IMG/VR virus record: IMGVR_UViG_3300029288_000175
Location: 222 to 64,221 of that record
Direction: 5' to 3' (one strand)
Source: a virus
Taxonomy: Duplodnaviria; Caudoviricetes
Length of the DNA stretch: 64,000 nt
The position numbers were made by a program, and so were the translations under genes. Under the pieces are notes generated by a model, which was given only the letters and a program-made list of their open reading frames with translations, did no database searches and was not told where the DNA came from. Positions 63,701-64,000 of this stretch are shown here, one piece after another; positions within the stretch are counted from its first letter, which is position 1; each line of letters begins with the position of its first letter.

Positions 63701-64000
63701 CGCCTGATGGCTGAGGACTCAGTGCAGGAGCGCCAGGCCAACGTGGATCGGTTCCAGACCGACCCGGCCTGCCGGCTGATCGTGTGCAGCCTGACCGCTG
63801 GTGGCGTGGGCATCACACTCACCGCCGCCAGTAACGTGGCGTTCCTGGAACTCGCTTGGACACCTGCATCAATGAGCCAGGCAGAGGATCGCGTGCATCG
63901 CATCGGCCAGCGCGACGCCGTGACGGCGTGGTACCTGCTGGCCGCCGGCACGATTGACGAGGACATCGAGGCGCTACTGGAGGCGAAACGTGCCGTGATG
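60761..64000 (+). CDS. HARP/SMARCAL1-like SNF2 helicase containing an intein (truncated by window end; absent from ORF track)
   Basis: Hand translation: two HARP domains (FPYDADLV..VK.IPGRRFD), LRPFQ..GV, ADEMGTGKT, DESH, SGTP, AGGVGITL, QAEDRVHRIGQ. Confidence 0.9.
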   Translation, partial: MGAESRLLLSRALRHLASRCDGAVSHDDQGFAAPDVSDGHRLARADHESWTLAEAQRAWEIVRRYSGQLAEVGISPATIPAPIPETQQVAAPAATNGHARRATRVVTVEQGVVVIAFPYDADLVAAVKSIPGRRFDSGHKHWTAPLSSLAAVRAFAEKHRFVVTESAANAPVTEAAAAPAPPSRTVRLDGDRLVVRFDYDADLVAQVRELAGARWDKTGRHWSVPVSSASVAALRRLGFVPTDPKALDAAVDGLARNEEASRAATSTLEVPGLGGTLRPFQAAGVAYAMKQRRLFIADEMGTGKTVQALATVQATNAYPALVVCPASLKLNWQREARKWLPGRSVAVLNGTMDLTADVCIINYDVLARRLDALKAVRWQAVVLDESHYIKSAKAQRTKAAQELCQAAPLRLLLSGTPLLNRPVELVTQLQALGRLDEFGGSWKFISRYCGATRTKYGVDMSGATNLDELHTLLRQRCLRGEVVVECEHGPLTIAEIVESELPVSVWSVAKDGCIELRRTVGYSKRHHQGALVRVRTEDGRSFDCTPDHRVWTSCGYKRAAALTGSDYVLVLWQTSCPPVARIANRPKVLLSEVRGQSGGTGPCKGPAYDGNQSTQSWPGCYEDMRVVWQDVHRAQCEATAATTLLQSVLLKCVETNTAACTEDVSSDVGGTQSQRQAIPGNQRGVERTPPQSGINRKGARYRTSKASASGPQRSHITLCTKTMRGARVAGTVVRVHVGDQKAPRQVHNRGSELPVSRLSKPAIQVSGRSRRYYSSSSQATATRCMEDESTSVVRVASIEVLQSAGDGRVDGSSCGGAVVYDIEVEGNHNFFANGVLVSNCYVRRTKAQVLAELPAKQRVAVPLELSNEAEYRRAERDVAGYLRDRAAEHAREDAVRDGADLFAAEARARAAGNRASSAAETAQQLVRIEALKRLAAEGKLRAAIGWAQDFLDAAEGEKLVLFAHHVDVQQRLYDAFPGAARLMAEDSVQERQANVDRFQTDPACRLIVCSLTAGGVGITLTAASNVAFLELAWTPASMSQAEDRVHRIGQRDAVTAWYLLAAGTIDEDIEALLEAKRAVM
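62189..63277 (+). mobile_element. intein (363 aa) in the helicase, no in-frame endonuclease
   Basis: LRQR/CLRGEVVV, block B TPDHRV, VYDIEVEGNHNFFANGVLVSN/CYVRRTK; frame open throughout on hand translation. Confidence 0.9.
62238..63233 (+). CDS. Zn-finger/NUMOD3/DUF559 putative homing endonuclease in the +1 frame inside the intein (start uncertain: 62292, 62373 or 62421)
   Basis: CWYCGK..KYCSQKC, CEWCGKTF..RFCSLSC, KGRRRSQESIEK, LDLA...KLAVEVDG..H....D..K...L..LGWRVLRY.N. Confidence 0.88.
   Translation: MRRLLKASCRFPYGRWQRMDALNSDERLVTASAIIKARWCEYEQRMEGRLIAPPIIGFGHRVATNGPPPLLVAITCWYCGKRVVRRWHGLQTALKYCSQKCAGKAAAQDHVRGQRMMETRARNRGPDVTKTCEWCGKTFTGRNVKQLRQRRFCSLSCSNAWKQTLPHAQKTLAAMWAAPSHKGKRYPAISAALKGRRRSQESIEKGRVTARARHRLPGRSDRISPCARKLCAALGWQEQWLEYMLEIKKPQGKFITGVRNFLYLDLANPQYKLAVEVDGTTHRLLRQQQLDAWKTRVLLSLGWRVLRYSNQQVTDELTAVVVEVQSFMTSR

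Noticed and set aside
1-64000. tRNA, rRNA, integrase or att site
   Set aside because: No cloverleaf, rRNA-like or recombinase motifs recognised by eye; a tRNAscan or HMM run would be needed to exclude them fully.

Overview
About 64 kb of a GC-rich tailed (siphovirus-like) bacteriophage or prophage genome. No integrase, tRNA, rRNA or CRISPR array was seen. Early, replication and recombination genes lie on + (1-11.1 kb and 55.9-64 kb): beta-clamp, Cas4-like exonuclease, DnaC-like ATPase, VRR-NUC, HTH repressor, HNH, an initiator with iterons, and a HARP/SNF2 helicase that runs off the end. The late block lies on - (12.8-53.8 kb): terminases, portal, MuF-like head protein, protease/scaffold, major capsid, tail, tape measure and lysis genes. 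A ParB-like/glycosyltransferase/UDG-like island sits next to the terminase. Main highlights: (1) three inteins. The portal intein is canonical (in-frame LAGLIDADG). The MuF and helicase inteins keep an open, featureless splicing frame while a Zn-finger/NUMOD3/DUF559-type endonuclease is encoded entirely inside them in another frame. In MuF it is on the opposite strand with its own promoter-like sequence and RBS; in the helicase it is in the +1 frame. (2) Two type II hammerhead ribozyme motifs between early genes. (3) A MuF cargo array (ART-like, GNAT, zincin) delimited by HPRDEAGRF repeats. (4) A palindromic TTGCRCGCGYGCAA box overlapping the -35 of many promoters, including a symmetric divergent promoter next to an HTH gene. 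All family assignments come from motif recognition by eye; no database searches were run.
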